Source: the human T2T-CHM13v2.0 reference genome, Homo sapiens. Taken from it: a stretch of 64,000 nt of DNA. Within the stretch, counting starts at the first letter, position 1. Each line of letters begins with the position of its first letter. The stretch lies in the NCBI RefSeq assembly GCF_009914755.1, contig NC_060937.1. One strand, given 5' to 3'. The notes beneath the pieces were generated by a model, which searched no databases, was not told the DNA's origin, and saw only the letters and a list, made by a program, of their open reading frames with translations. The position numbers and the translations under genes are program-made. Below, in pieces: positions 25,050 through 39,121 of this stretch.

Positions 25050-27441
25050 TGTATTAGGCTTTTTTGCATTGCTATAAAGGAATAACTGAGACTGGGTAAT
25101 TTATAAAGAAAAAAATCTTTAATTAGCTCACGGATCTGCAGGCTTTACAGAAAGTATGATGCCAGCATCTGCTTCTAGCAAGGCCTCAAGAAGCTTACAA
25201 TCATGGCAGAAGCGTCAGAAGGAGCAGACACATCACATAGTGAGAGCAGAAGCAAGAGAGAGAGGCAAGTTTCCATAACCCTCTTTTAAATAACCAGCTC
25301 TCATGTGAACTAACAGTGAGAATGCAGTAATTATCATGAGGACAGCACAAAGTCACTCATGAGGGACCCACTCCCATGACTGAAACACCTGTCACCAGGC
25401 CCCACTTTCAACATTGGTGATTATGTTTCAACATGAGATTTGGAGGGAACAAACATCCAAACCATGTTATTCAACCCAGACATCCTAAATCTTATGTCCT
25501 TTTCACATTGCAAAATACAATATCTCCTCCCAATAGTTCAGTACATTCTTAACTTGTTTCAGCATTAAGTCCAAAATCCTAAGTCTCATCTGAGAATCAT
25601 CGCCTTTGGCTATAAGCATGTAAAGTAAAAATAAGTTATCTACTTACAAGATAAGATGGTGGTACAGGCATTGGGCAAATGTTTCTATTCCAAAAGGGAG
25701 GAGTCACCCAAAAGAAAGCATCAAACAGGCCCCATGCAAGTCTGAAACTCAGCACAGCAGCCATTAAACTCTAAAGCTCCAAAATAATCTCCTTTGACTC
25801 CATGTCCCACATCCAGGACACACTGGTGAAAAGGGTGGGCTCCCAAGGCTTGAACAGGTCCACTTCTTTGGCTTTACAGGGTACAATCCCCGTGGCTGCT
25901 GTCATGGGTTGGACTTGAGTGCCTGCAGATTTTCCATGTTTAGGTTGCAAGCTGCCAGTGACTCTACCATTCTTGGGTCTGGAAGGTGGCATCCCCTTCC
26001 CATAGCTCCATTAGAAAGTGCTATGGGGACTCCAACTTCACATTTCCCCTCTGCACTGCCATAGTAGAGATTCTCTGTGAGGGCTCCAGCCCTGTGGCAG
26101 GATTCTGCTTGGACAGCCAGGCTTTCTTATACATCCTCTGAAATCTAGGTGGAGCTGCCAATCTTGCATTCTGTGTGCCTTCAGGCTTAACAAAACATGG
26201 AAGCGGCCAATGTTTACAGTTTGTGCCTTTCAGAGCAGTGGCCAGAGATGTTTCTGGGACACTTTGAACTGAGGCTGGAGCCAGCATAGCCTCAATGCAG
26301 GGATCAATGGCCCAAGGCTGCACAGGGCAGCAGGGCCCTCAGTCTGGCCTTCCAAATTATTCTTTTCTCCTAGGCCTCTGGGCCACAGATGGGAAGGGAT
26401 GCCGTGAAGCCTCCTGAAATGCCTTTGAGTCCTTTTTCCTATTGTCTTGGATAGTAGTATTTGGCTCTCTTTTAGTCATGCTAATCTCTCTATCAAGTGG
26501 TTGCTCCATAGCCTCCTTAGATTTCTTCTCTGCCACAGGGCCAGGCTGCAAATTTTCTAAACCTTTACACTCTGCTTTCCTTTTAATTATAAATTCCAAC
26601 TTTAAGTCATTCCTTCGCTCCTGGGTATCTAATCATAGATTATGAGTAGCTGCCCAGGTCACCCCTTGAAGACTTTGCTGCTTAGAAATTTATTCTTCCA
26701 GATACCCTATGTCATTACTCTTAAGTTCAACTCTACACAGATCCCTAGGATGTGGACACAATGCAGCAAAGCTCTTTACTATGGCATACTACAGGTGACT
26801 TTTACTCCAGTTCCCAAGAAATTCTTCATTTTCATCTAAGACCTCATTAGCCTGGCCATCACTGTACATATTACTATCAGCATTTTCTTCACAATCATTT
26901 TACCAGTCTCTAAGAAATTCCAAACTTTCTCTTATCATTCTGTCTTTTCCTGAGTCCTCAAAACTCTTCTAGCCTCTGCTCATTACCCAGTTCCAAAGCC
27001 AGTTCCACATTTTCAGGTATCTTTATAGCAATGCCTCACTCCTTGATACCAATGCTCTGTATTAGTCTGCTTTTGCATTGCTGTAAAGGAATACCTGAGC
27101 TTCAGTAATTGGCTCACAGTTCTGTAGGCTTTAAAGGTAGCATGGTGCCAGTGTCTGCTTCTTGTGACCCTCAGGAAGCTTACAATAATGGCAGAGAGCA
27201 TATGGGAGCAGGCACATCATAGGAAGCAAGAGAGAGAGGGGGGAAGTGCCACAATCTTTTAAACAACCAGCTTTCATGTGAACTAACAGTAAGAACACAC
27301 TTATTATTATGAGGACAGCACCAAGACATTCATGATGGACCTGTCCCCGTGATCCAAACACCTTCCACCAGGCTCCACCTCCAAGACTGGGATTACATTT
27401 CAACATGATATTTTTAGGGGACAAATATCCAAACCATACCA
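25050..27441 (-). mobile_element. Two-LTR MSTB-like MaLR element (5' LTR 27058-27441, internal 25470-27057, 3' LTR 25050-25469)
   Basis: Two homologous LTRs (tgtattag...ttgcattgct.taaaggaata...atccaaaccat), MST-int sequence, TSD taagt/caagt. Confidence 0.93.
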
Positions 27442-27585
27442 CAAGTGCTATACATATATTAGTATGTATAGTCCTCTAAGTCCTATAATATTAATGTGAC
27501 TATTTTATAATGAGTAATCCAAAAAAATTAAAATAGATATATGACTTGAGTAATTTTACAGAACTTATAAGCAGATGAGTTAGTG
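27442..27585 (-). mobile_element. MIR fragment (other pieces at ~25005-25049 and ~29100-29140)
   Basis: aagtgctatacatatattag...tattttataatgagtaa...tgacttgagtaattttacagaacttataagc. Confidence 0.5.
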
Positions 27586-27587
27586 CT

Positions 27588-27998
27588 TGTGCTACACAAA
27601 AAACAAGGAACTGAAAATACAGTGACACATTCAAGATAAATATGTATTTCTCTTTCACACAACAGTTCAAAGGTAATTAGTTGCCAGGGATAAAGGCAAT
27701 CTACCATTCTCAAATATGTTTTCCACCTCTTAGGTCAAGGTAGCTATTTCCTTTGTTGCCATAAAGAAGAGGGCAAAGCTGAGTAGTAATCACATAATTC
27801 TTTCCTGGGTGTGGATCAGAAGAGGCTTGTATAATTGTTGCTTTCATCTCATTGGGCAGAATGTGGTCCCAACAAAGAAAAATGATCTGGAAACTATAAT
27901 ATCAAATACATTGCACACATAACCAGCTGAAATTTTGCAGTATTAGGATTAAATAAGGGGAGTCTGAATATTGGTGAACAACTATTAGACTTGCTACA
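27588..27998 (-). mobile_element. Old MLT1 (J/K/N-like) LTR
   Basis: tatttctctttcacacaacag...catctcattgggcagaatgtggtc...aatattggtgaacaacta...gctaca. Confidence 0.65.
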
Positions 27999-28028
27999 GT
28001 GGAAGCTGAAATAAAAATTTTGATCCTA

Positions 28029-29070
28029 ATATATAGCCCAGAAGTGGGATTGCTAGCCCATGTTCCCTTCAGCAATATTCATGATATCCAAGATAATGGA
28101 CATAACTCAAATGTCTACCAACTGATGAATGGATAAAGAAAAGGTGATATATTTATACAATGGAATATTAATTAACCTTACAAATGGAGGAAATCTTGAC
28201 ATATTTAACAACATAGATGATACGGTTTGGATTTTGTTCCCACCTAAATCTTATGTGGACTTGGAGGAGGGGGCTGGTGGGAGGTAATTGGATCATGGGG
28301 GCAGATCTCTTCCTTGCTGTTCTCATGATAGTGAGTGAGTTCTCATGCGATCTGATGGTTTAAAAGGGTATGGAATTTCCCCCTTCTCTCTGTTTTTCTC
28401 CTACCACCATGAGAAAATGTGCTTGCTTCCTCTTTGCCCTCTGCCATGATTGTAAGTTTCCTGAGGCCTCCCAGTCATGCTTTCTGTTAAGTCTCCAGGA
28501 CTGTGAGCCAATTAAACCTGTTTTCTTCTATTTCACTACCTGAAGTCACCCAGTTTCAAGTAGTTCTTTATAGCAGTGTGAGAATGAATTAATACAATAG
28601 ATGAAGCAAAAGAATATGATGCCAAGTGAAATAAACTAGGTGCAGGAAGACAAATACTGTATGATTTTACTTATACGTGGAATCTACATAATCAAACTCA
28701 TAAGAACAGAGAGTAGAATGGTGGTTATTAGGGGCTGAGGGATTGAGAAAATAGGTAGATGCTGTTCCAGGGGTACAAAGATCTAATGTAAAAAAATGTG
28801 ACTATAGTTAACAATATCGTATTGGACAATTGAAATTTGCTAAGAAGGTAGATCTTAATTATTCTCATCATGAAAATAAAATAAAAGTAACAAAGATAAG
28901 AGAAAGAAAGAAAGAAAAATAGAAAGGAAATGTTAACTATATGAAGTGATGGATACGTTAATTAATTAGCTTGATTTTGATGACTATGTCACAATGTGTG
29001 TGTATATATATACGTATATATCAAATCATAAAGTTGGACACCTTTAGGCTGTCAACCGTACTTCAATCAA
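28029..29070 (+). mobile_element. L1MA/MB 3' end with a tiny inverted 5' piece, interrupted by an MSTA LTR
   Basis: gatgaatggataaagaaa...aagtgaaataaactagg...gtagaatggtggtta...ttaattagcttgatt; 28029-28056 is antisense L1. Confidence 0.88.
28218..28596 (+). mobile_element. MSTA solo LTR
   Basis: tgatacggtttgg...gtaagtttcctgaggcctccc...ttaataca; perfect 5-bp TSD ATAGA (28213-28217 / 28597-28601). Confidence 0.93.
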
Positions 29071-29837
29071 AATGGTGGTGGTGGGTTGGGGAGTGCAGAT
29101 ATCTGCAACTCCCAGTGCTATTTAATCTCTACACCACACTAATTCCACTTACTTCTTTGCACTCACATCCCATCTGATTCCAATGGTCAGTATATTATTC
29201 CTGTGTTATTTAGCGTTAATTATCCCTGGCCCTGTTTTCTCCCCTTTGCTGCTTAATTTTTGAGCACAGAGTATATATGTATATATATACATTTGTGTGT
29301 GTGCATATATATATATATACACATATATATATTTCACATTCCCTGACACTACTTAAAATATGTTCCTAATTAAACCATGAATTAAAATGAATACACTTGT
29401 TGCCTGAGTGATTATATTCCTCAGTACAGTTTTATTATTGTTGTTTTCTGTTAATTTGGACAGGATAGAAAAAGAAACCACTTGCACTTACAAAACTTTT
29501 GAACTACATTGCATATTCTATCATGTAAACATACATTTTGGTGAATTTTCATTAAAAAGTAGATATGAACTATTTAAAAACATTCCTGGCAGTGTTGGTG
29601 CTCTTACTATACACATTGTTTTCATTGCTGATTTCATACCCTATTATCTAAGTTTTTGTTAGAAATTAGTTTGCTACTTCAGAGACCAGTGAAATGTTTT
29701 TTGTGAAGTTATACATCTATCAGACAGCAAAAAAATTGTTTCCTAGTTTCCTTAACTTCTGCATCTTCCAATGAATAAAACATTTTTTTCTAGATGGTTT
29801 ATTTTCTGGCTGAATTATTTTTTGATGCTCTGTATCC

Positions 29838-30028
29838 ATGATTCTTAAAGCTGGCAACATATCAGTTTCACTTGGAAACTTTTTTTTTACTTGTTTGTTT
29901 AAAAAGACTCCTGTTCACTAACCCCAAAGGATTCAGATTTCATATGTGAGGAAAGAAGACTAGCAACATGTTTTTTAAAGGAGCCCAAGGTTAATCTTTA
30001 TTTGGAACCAAGCTTGAAAACAAATTCT
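29838..30028. mobile_element. MER5-like hAT-Charlie element
   Basis: catgattcttaaagctggcaacatatcagtttcacttgg...ccccaaaggattcagattt...ccaagcttgaaaacaaat. Confidence 0.55.
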
Positions 30029-30036
30029 TAAACATG

Positions 30037-30225
30037 AGGCAGAACGGAAGAGTATTTACCAGCTCAGGTTCTGGGATCAGAAATATAGGATTGTGTTCTA
30101 ACTGTACAACTCACTGGCTGTGGATTTGAAAAAGTTTCCTTAATCTAAAACAGAGAAAAAAAGTTCTAAGTGAAACATGAGACACTAAATAAGCAAACAA
30201 TACATGTTAGCATTATTATTATTAT
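30037..30225 (+). mobile_element. MIR fragment
   Basis: caggttctgggatcagaaa...cactggctgtggatttgaaaaagtttccttaatct; ends atgttagcattattatta. Confidence 0.55.
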
Positions 30226-30543
30226 GGAGATGTTTCAGTAATTTTTTCAGATACACTACTCTTTTACTAATTTATACTGTTTGGCATTATCTCTTAATTC
30301 AAAAATTATAATTACATGCATTTTTATTGTATTTCATTTCTTGTTATTAAAAGAATATACAATTATGGGGAAAATAGTGAACTTGAAAGATCTGTAGCCA
30401 CTCACTTAAATTTATTTTTTAGGTGGCAGAAACTTCATCCATACATTAGGCTTATATCCAAGAGCAAAGCTGGCAAAAATACCTGCCCTTATGGAACTCA
30501 CTAAACTTCTAGTGGTTGGTAAAAAGAAACAATCCAAATAAAT

Positions 30544-30877
<334 letters not shown>

Positions 30878-30899
30878 CCAATTAAGTGTTTTAATAGTA

Positions 30900-31510
30900 A
30901 GAGTTATGCAGCAAAGGCAGAGAAAATGGGATAAAGATACTGTGGCAGTTGTAATTTGCATGTCTCAGAAGACCTCACTATGAAGATGACAGTTGACAAT
31001 ACCTGAAGAAGTCATTTCAGACATGTAGATATCTGGGGGAAGAGCATTTCAGGTAATGAAAAGAGCTGGTACAAAGGCCCTGAGGCAGGAGCATGGTTGA
31101 TGCTGGCCATGGCCAACCTTGCTGAAGTGGAAGAAACAGAGAAGGAAGGTGAAAACAGAATGGGAAAGACTTTTCGATGATTGTAAGAAGTTTGCATTTT
31201 AAACTCAGTGAAAGATTTTAAGTAGAGGAGTTACATATCTGAATCAATTAGGCTTCCCTCTTGCTAACAAACTAAAAAGTAGCAATGGTAGAAGTAGGGA
31301 GACCACTCAGACTACTTCATCACCACTTAGGCGACTACATCAGTGTAAGCAGGAATTAACTGTAGCTTTAACCAAGGTTATACAATGAGAATTAGACCAT
31401 TTATAAACATATTTTGAAGACAGACCACTAAATTTTTTTGATGAATCAGATATTCATATGAATAGTGGCAGAGATAGAAGTCAAGGGTATCTCGAGTTCA
31501 AGCTTTATTC
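30900..31510 (-). mobile_element. L2 fragment
   Basis: gatatctgggggaagagcatttcagg...caaaggccctgaggcaggagcatg; ORF 31012-31197 gives the typical L2 peptide PASGPL..LFSLPEMLFPQIS. Confidence 0.8.
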
Positions 31511-31861
31511 CCAAGATTTGAAATTGCATTAGATATACAGATGGGAAGCATTTAGTATAATTAGGTTTGTGTTGACATAACATTGAAAACATCAATCTGT
31601 TAAAGTAGTAGATGAAATGTACAGCAAAATAGTTTACATGCTAGCACGTGTTCATTAGCTTGTAACTAGATTTGGAAATTCATAAAGCACAAAAGGCAAC
31701 TGATTTTCAGGAAAAATGAATTAGCACTTCTATGTACTCTCAATTATTTCCACAACATTAAATGTCAACAATATGTTGCCAAGTTCAAAAATTATATATC
31801 TAGTTCAGCGCTTTATCTAATTCTTAAATGAGGCAATTATCTTGATACTTTTATTTTTTAT

Positions 31862-32480
31862 ATCAATATTCAGCTAATCCATAAGTCATGTACATCTTAC
31901 CTTTAAAATATCTTCTTCATATCCAATGCAATCTTCCTGGCCCAATATTCTACTGTATCTTGTGGATGACAGCACAGTTGTTTCCAAAGCAAACTCCCTG
32001 CCTTCATTTCTTCCCCAGAAGAAAAGTGGCAGAAGCCAGAGTGATGTTATTTTAAAAAAGTACCTCAGATCATGTCCTTTATCAAAATTTTTATAACGTT
32101 CCCTTCACTTGGACTGAATTCAAATATTTCATCATAAACTTCAAAGCCCAGCACAATCTTCCTTCCTCCCCAAATAGAAAATTATCATACTGTGCTTCCC
32201 CCTTACCTCTCAGATGTTCTAGTGTCCTTCTCAGTTTCTACAATACAAAAACCCTTCTGGCTTTAACGGGTTTTCACATGGTTTTGTTTATGCCTGGACT
32301 TGTCCGTAATGTCTTTAAGTAGGTGAACATGTTTTAGCATTTTTTTGCATTGTCTTTAGGTAGGTGTAGATGTTTTTGCATTTTTAGACCAAAATTAAAA
32401 AGTTACTTCCTAAGAGACAACTCTTATGACCAACTGATTTAAATAATAACTACCCCTCCTTTGTTTTGTTCCCAGGTATT
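31862..32480 (+). mobile_element. L2 fragment
   Basis: agccagagtgatgttattttaaaa...cagatcatgtc...ttcaaagcccagcacaatct. Confidence 0.65.
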
Positions 32481-34014
32481 CATGTTTATTTACCATACTT
32501 CTGGGGAAGAGAAGATACCAGACTGTCCAGCACTAACTCCTATGAGAGAGTCACCATCTTTAAGGTATCATCCTAGTGTCGAGATAGCGTTGGACTGAAA
32601 ATGAGACAAATTAATTATAGTAAAGATTCTACTAAAAGTGCTAAACTGAGTGTTCTGCCTAAAATTTAATTCTCACATTTCTGAAATATTGATCTTTAGA
32701 TATATACAAGCACTTTTCATTATTTTTAAAAACTTTTAGTAGATTTCCTGGTTATTGAGAGATGAGAGCTAAACTTATCTTTGAATAAATGTTATTATTT
32801 GTGGGAAAGAAAACAAAACAATGTAAAACAAGCAAAATCACTTTAATGGAACTGTTTGCTGTGCAAGCTAAAATTCACTTTCTCGATCAGAAAAATTCCA
32901 ATCAACGAGAAGAAAAGAAAAAGGAGGTTTTTCTTTCTTTTGGGAGAAAAGCCTGCCTGAGATTATGTTTGTTAAAAAGGCAGTTGCTGCTGTGAGATTG
33001 GGAAGAAAGTGATGACTGTTTCTCTCTTCTTGGTGTTCACAGGATTTGTGGCCAAGATTTTAGTTAGGAAGGATATAGTTGAAGGTAATATTGATAGAAA
33101 GGCTAAGGAGATAGTAAAGTGGGAGAAACCCTAGAGAGATAGTTGGCACATTTGACAGGTATTAGTGAGAATCATAACTGCTTTAATCACTCCCTATTGT
33201 GATGTAATTCTGTTATCACCAAATTTCAGGAAAGTTTTGAAAATGTTACAATCCCTTATAAGATGTGCCTTGGAGATTTAATGGATGGCCACGAATGCTG
33301 TGAAAGGCTTTAGGGAGAGATAAAGCAGCTCACAAGTTGCCAATCCTGTGATCTTTATGTAATACACAGGAGAGGTGCAGCCATCAAGTGCCTGTTCACT
33401 GACAGGTGGCAGGAAGACAAGCAGGGCAGCTTTGTGATGTGTAAGCATTGCTTAGGAAATACTTCCCATACATGTGCAAGGTAATGAAAGAGGGAGAAAT
33501 TCATGAGGTCCAGGAAGATGAAGAACAGATTAATATTACTTAGGGACTTTAAGAGAGGAAAACTAAAAGTCTAGAACTATCAGAGACCAATAGCTTAAAA
33601 AAGGAATTGTGTACTTGATTTCTGTGGTATTAGGTTTAATTATAAATGTAAAATTTTCTATTTATTTGTTCTTATTTATCCTTATATCATTTTGTTAAAA
33701 CATAGGATATGTTAAAATGTCACACACCAATTGTGTTTCATAATTTTCACTTTTAACATGGCTCTTTGTCTAATAATACCTTAATGCCCTTCATTTAGGA
33801 AAATCCTATAATCTCCTCTTTCCCATGCTTGGTCCCCTGAGATTTTGACAAAAACTGTTTATATGAAAAATTATCTCTTGCAAAATATGAGCGGCCACAC
33901 TTCCAGCATTTGTCTTTGAGAATTATACCATACACCGTATAGACTATACATCTATTTACCTAATTTTAATAAAGCCTATTTTTATGTATTATTTAAAAGA
34001 AAATGATGGCAAGC

Positions 34015-34735
34015 TTAATTGTTTTTAAAGTAATTATTATAAAAACATCATATTTTATATTTTTGTGGAGTACATGCAATATTTTTATAAACACATACAA
34101 TGCGTAATAATTAAATCAGGGTAATTAGGGTATCCACCATTTCAAGCATTTGTTATTTCTTTGTGTTGGAAATATTCCTAATTCTAATTTTGGTTATTTA
34201 AAAATGTACAACGAATAATTAATTCTAGTCCCTGTTGTACTACCAAATATTCTATCTTATTAATTCTAATGAACTGTATTCATAGCCATTAACCAACCCT
34301 CTCTTATCCACCCCCTCTCTGCTACCCTTCCCAGCCTCTAGTAACCATCATACTACCCTATCTCTATGACTTCAATGTTTTAAAAAAATTTTAGCTTGCA
34401 CATATGAGTGAGAACCGCAAAATTAGTCTTTTGGTGCCTGGCTTATTTTACTTAACATAACCTCCTCTAGGTACATCCACGTTGTTGCAAATGACAAGAG
34501 TTCATTCTTTTTAATGGCTGAATTATATTCCATTGTGTATATGTATTAATACTATATATGGGCCACATTTCCTCATTCACATCTGGGCTGATTCCATATC
34601 TTGGCTATTGTGAAGAGTGCTGCATTAAATATGGGAATGCACAGATCTCTTTTATATACTGATTTCCTTTTCTTTGGACATATACCCAGTATTGGGATTG
34701 ATGGATTGTATGGTTACTCTATTTGACAGCTTTTA
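34015..34735 (-). mobile_element. L1MA5-7-like 3' end
   Basis: aatcagggtaattagggtatcc...cccttcccagcctctagtaaccatca...catatgagtgagaac...tatacccagtattgggattg. Confidence 0.9.
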
Positions 34736-35351
34736 AGGTGGGAGAATACAGGAGAAAACCTTGGCTATTTCAAAAACTCTACTATTTTTATACAGGGTTT
34801 TATGTCTGGCAAATATTGAACTCTGTGCCTACACATAGACAGTATATAAGGCCCAAAGTATTTTTCCTGTCTACTTACAAACATATTTTCTTTTGATTGA
34901 GAGGGTGTATAGGACAATCAGTACTATTCTGCATCTGACTTTGTTGGCTGTGTAGTAGGAGGTTATTAACCTGAATCATAGCATTAGATGGTACACCACA
35001 TGCTTTTTGAGAATAATGAGGCTTCATTTTTATAGCGATATTTCAGTGGAAATTTATGAAGAGTGTATCATTAGACAACATTTAGACAGAATTATATACA
35101 TTCCTTATGAGAAAAAAAGTATATACTTAGACTAAAATTCTAAAATCTCCCAAATTTATTCAATGTATTAATTCAACACAAAACTCATATGATGTTATGC
35201 TTATAGCAAAAGTTGTTGATTTATTAGATTTTGATTATATAGGATCCAAATTGTCATGCAAATTAAAAAAAGACATATCACACTTCCAATCTAATATATG
35301 GATTTTGTAACTAATTTCACAAAAGTGAAAGCAATTAAGTAAAAAAACACA

Positions 35352-35685
<334 letters not shown>

Positions 35686-36239
35686 TCAAAAAACGTCAAT
35701 GTCATTTTGATACTTCATTACTTTTTTTAGAGTTTTTTCTTTTATCTTTTCTCCATTATATATATCTATGTGTGTGTTTTTAAGTACAATGTTTTCTTTT
35801 GAGTGGAAACCTGTCTTTACGTATTTTTTACATTTGGCACAATCTTGTAAAAATCACAGGCTCATTTTTTGACCGACTTTGTCCTGGAAAATAATTTGCA
35901 AATAAACAAAATTTATTCTCTGAGTGTGTCATGTAGCTAGATGGATGCCAAACAGGAGTTCATATTTACATACATTTTGGGATTCCAGATTAAGCTTCAC
36001 TGTTGTTAGATGGAGCTTAGATGGAAGTGTTATGTTAAGGAGGCAAATTAAGCAATCCAAAAGTCTTAAAAACAGACTTCACCAGACTTCTTTAATCTAG
36101 TGCCATTATCATTATTATTTTTAACATTATTAATCTGAAAAAGGCTTTACCTAAATAGAAGTACTAAAAGATCCTATAGTGATTCTTAGACAGGTGGAAT
36201 TATAATACCCACATGCCTTTTAGAAATTTTCACTAATGT

Positions 36240-36578
<339 letters not shown>

Positions 36579-36996
36579 TCACTAACATTAATTTTATCTT
36601 CTTTTTTCCCACAATATCATCCCCTGTCTCAGCTACAACCTCTGTGAAGTGTCCATTTCCGGAAACTTTCCTGAAATCACTATTTCCTATCTTTTTCACT
36701 TGTTTACCCTTGCAATGTACCAGATACCCTTTGAGAGACAGATTCTCTAAAGATTTAGAGCTATGAATATGAAATGGATAATCATCCAAGCAATTTATTT
36801 AACACTACAATTCCACTCATGTAAAACTGCATTTGCTTTTCTGTTCTAGTTCATTGCAGGGCATATCTCAAATCAATACAAAGTGTGGGGAATATGTGCC
36901 TTAGGAAAAATAGCTGTTTAGTAATGTCTGGATATATGTTCATCTCCAGGTGGGTCCATAGAAAAGAGTCCATGGTATTTTGTTTATGAATGTTTA

Positions 36997-37281
36997 GGCT
37001 GGGCATAGTAGCTCATGCCTGGGTAATCCTAACATATTAGGAGGCTAAGGCAGGAGGATCACTTGAGCCCAGGAGTTCCAGATTAGCTTGGGCAACACAA
37101 CAAGACCTCATCTCTACAATGATTAAAAAATTATCCAGGTACGGTGTCATACATCTATGGTCCCAGCTACTCAGGAGTCTGAGGTGGGAAGATCTCTTTG
37201 GTCCAGGAGGTCAAGGCTGCAGTGAGCCGTGATCATGCCACTGCACTCCTGGGTGACAGGAGTAAGACCCTGTCTCAAAAA

Positions 37282-37320
<39 letters not shown>

Positions 37321-37322
37321 AT
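36997..37322 (+). mobile_element. AluJ with (TAAA)n tail
   Basis: ggatcacttgagcccaggag, ggtcaaggctgcagtgagccgtgatc. Confidence 0.95.
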
Positions 37323-37834
37323 ATTTAAAAGAAAGTTCAAAGGAGAGCTGCATCAGAATACAGTTCTTATCCAGACAAAGACTAGTGCACACAAATATGA
37401 ATTTAAGGGAATACACATTGAAATGTAAGTTATTTATTACCATAAATATGAAAATTGTATTTCTAATTATATGTGTCAAAGTGAAAAATATTCACCTCAT
37501 AAAGTTCATTTTTATTCTGAAATTGGAATTAAAGTCACCAATCTTCATTTTACTATCACTGAGACGATAGCAAACAGATGCAACATATTTTGCCAGTAAC
37601 AAGGTAATTATTTCAATTTTTCATATTATTTCCAATTTAACCTCATGAATAAATCATTTATCTACATTGTTTTTATTTTTCTCATAAAATTTTTCTTCTG
37701 TATATTTAAAACAATTTAATATTCAAAATAATATACAAAAGCACTTTCAGTCAGGTGACTATATAATTTATGGTAAAATGTATTTCCATGATTCTGACAT
37801 GTTTTTAATTTAAATAATGGTTAATATATATGGT

Positions 37835-38010
37835 GGCTACTCTCATTCAGCTATGGTAAAAGTTGCTATACATAGGTTACTTAATTTAATTCTATCCATA
37901 ACCCTGTGAAAGATGCTTTCTCCTCATGTTATGGATGGAATGGTCAAGTTATCCGAGAACACTGAGTTTAGGTAGAAATGTAGAAAGCTGTAATTGGAAC
38001 AAGATTTGTC
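37835..38010 (-). mobile_element. MIR fragment
   Basis: ataaccctgtgaaagatgc...ggtcaagttatccgagaacac. Confidence 0.45.
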
Positions 38011-38149
38011 ATCAACATTTTTTATTCCTGAGAATTTACTCATCAATACATTTTCCAGATTACTGCTCTCTTAAGTCAACAAATTAATTAAGATAAACAA
38101 TTTCTTCACCTATAATAATTTTTAACATTAGGAAAGAAAGGTGGAATTG

Positions 38150-38440
38150 CAAATCCAAGATGTCTACTATGTGGTGAAATCTGCTGAAGAAGAATGAGGA
38201 AGGGCATGCCTAGAGAGAGAGCACACACTGAATAATAACGGATATGCACAGAGGAGATAAGACACGAGGAGGTAATTGCCATGATTTGGAGATCGATCGA
38301 GGTCCTTAATCCACTCATTCTTTGTGGGTTCTTGTGTTTTATAGAATCACACTGCACATCTATTGTATTTCAAAATATCCCTCCTTATATGTAGGTACTT
38401 TAAGTTGGCTTTTGTAACTTATAATCTGAACAGTCCAAAA
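38150..38440 (+). mobile_element. Old ERVL LTR remnant (LTR33/LTR16-like)
   Basis: 3' part aatatccctcctt...tttaagttggcttttgtaacttataatctgaacagtcc resembles the ERVL LTR U5 end. Confidence 0.4.
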
Positions 38441-38573
38441 AAGGCATTCAAGATTAAAAAAAAGTAAATTGAGGAGAAATACGAATTTCTATTAAATGGT
38501 GAGACAAACGGCAGGTAATCATGAACTAAACCAAATGGGCTGCAAATGGCAAACAACCTACAATGGTAATAGT

Positions 38574-39121
38574 TGTGATGGTTAATACTGACTATCAATT
38601 TGGTTGGATTGAAGGATGCAAAGTATTGTTCCCGGGTGCGTCTGTAAGGATGTTGCCAGGGGAGATTAGCATTTGAGTCAATAGACTGGGAGAGGCAGAC
38701 TCACCCTCAATCTGGGTGGGTACCATCTAATCATCGGCTAGCATGGCTAGAATAAAGCAGGCAGAAGAACATGGAAGGACTAGACTGGCTGAGTCTTCCA
38801 ACTTTCATCATTCTCCCATGTTGGATACTTCCTGCCCTCAAACATTGAACTCCAAATTATTCAGCTTTTGGGCTCTTTGGACTTACACCAGTGGCTTGCC
38901 AGGGGATCTCGGGCCTTGCAGACCAAAGGCTGCACTCTGAGCTTCCCTACTTTTGAGGTTTTGGGACTTGGACTGGCTTCCTTGCTCCTCAGCTTGCAGA
39001 TGGCCTACTGTGGGACTTCATCTTGTGACTGTGTGAGTCAATTCTCCTAATAAAGTCACCTTTATATATATATACATATTTCCCATTAGTTCTGTTCCTC
39101 TAGAGAACCCTGACTAATACA
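38574..39121 (+). mobile_element. MLT2A2-like (HERV-L) solo LTR
   Basis: tgtgatggttaatactga...gaaggatgcaaagtattg...ctagagaaccctgactaataca; TSD atagt/acagt. Confidence 0.93.

Noticed and set aside
30900-32480. Oppositely oriented L2 fragments as a hairpin or miRNA source
   Set aside because: Both are highly diverged and I could not see extended complementarity between them
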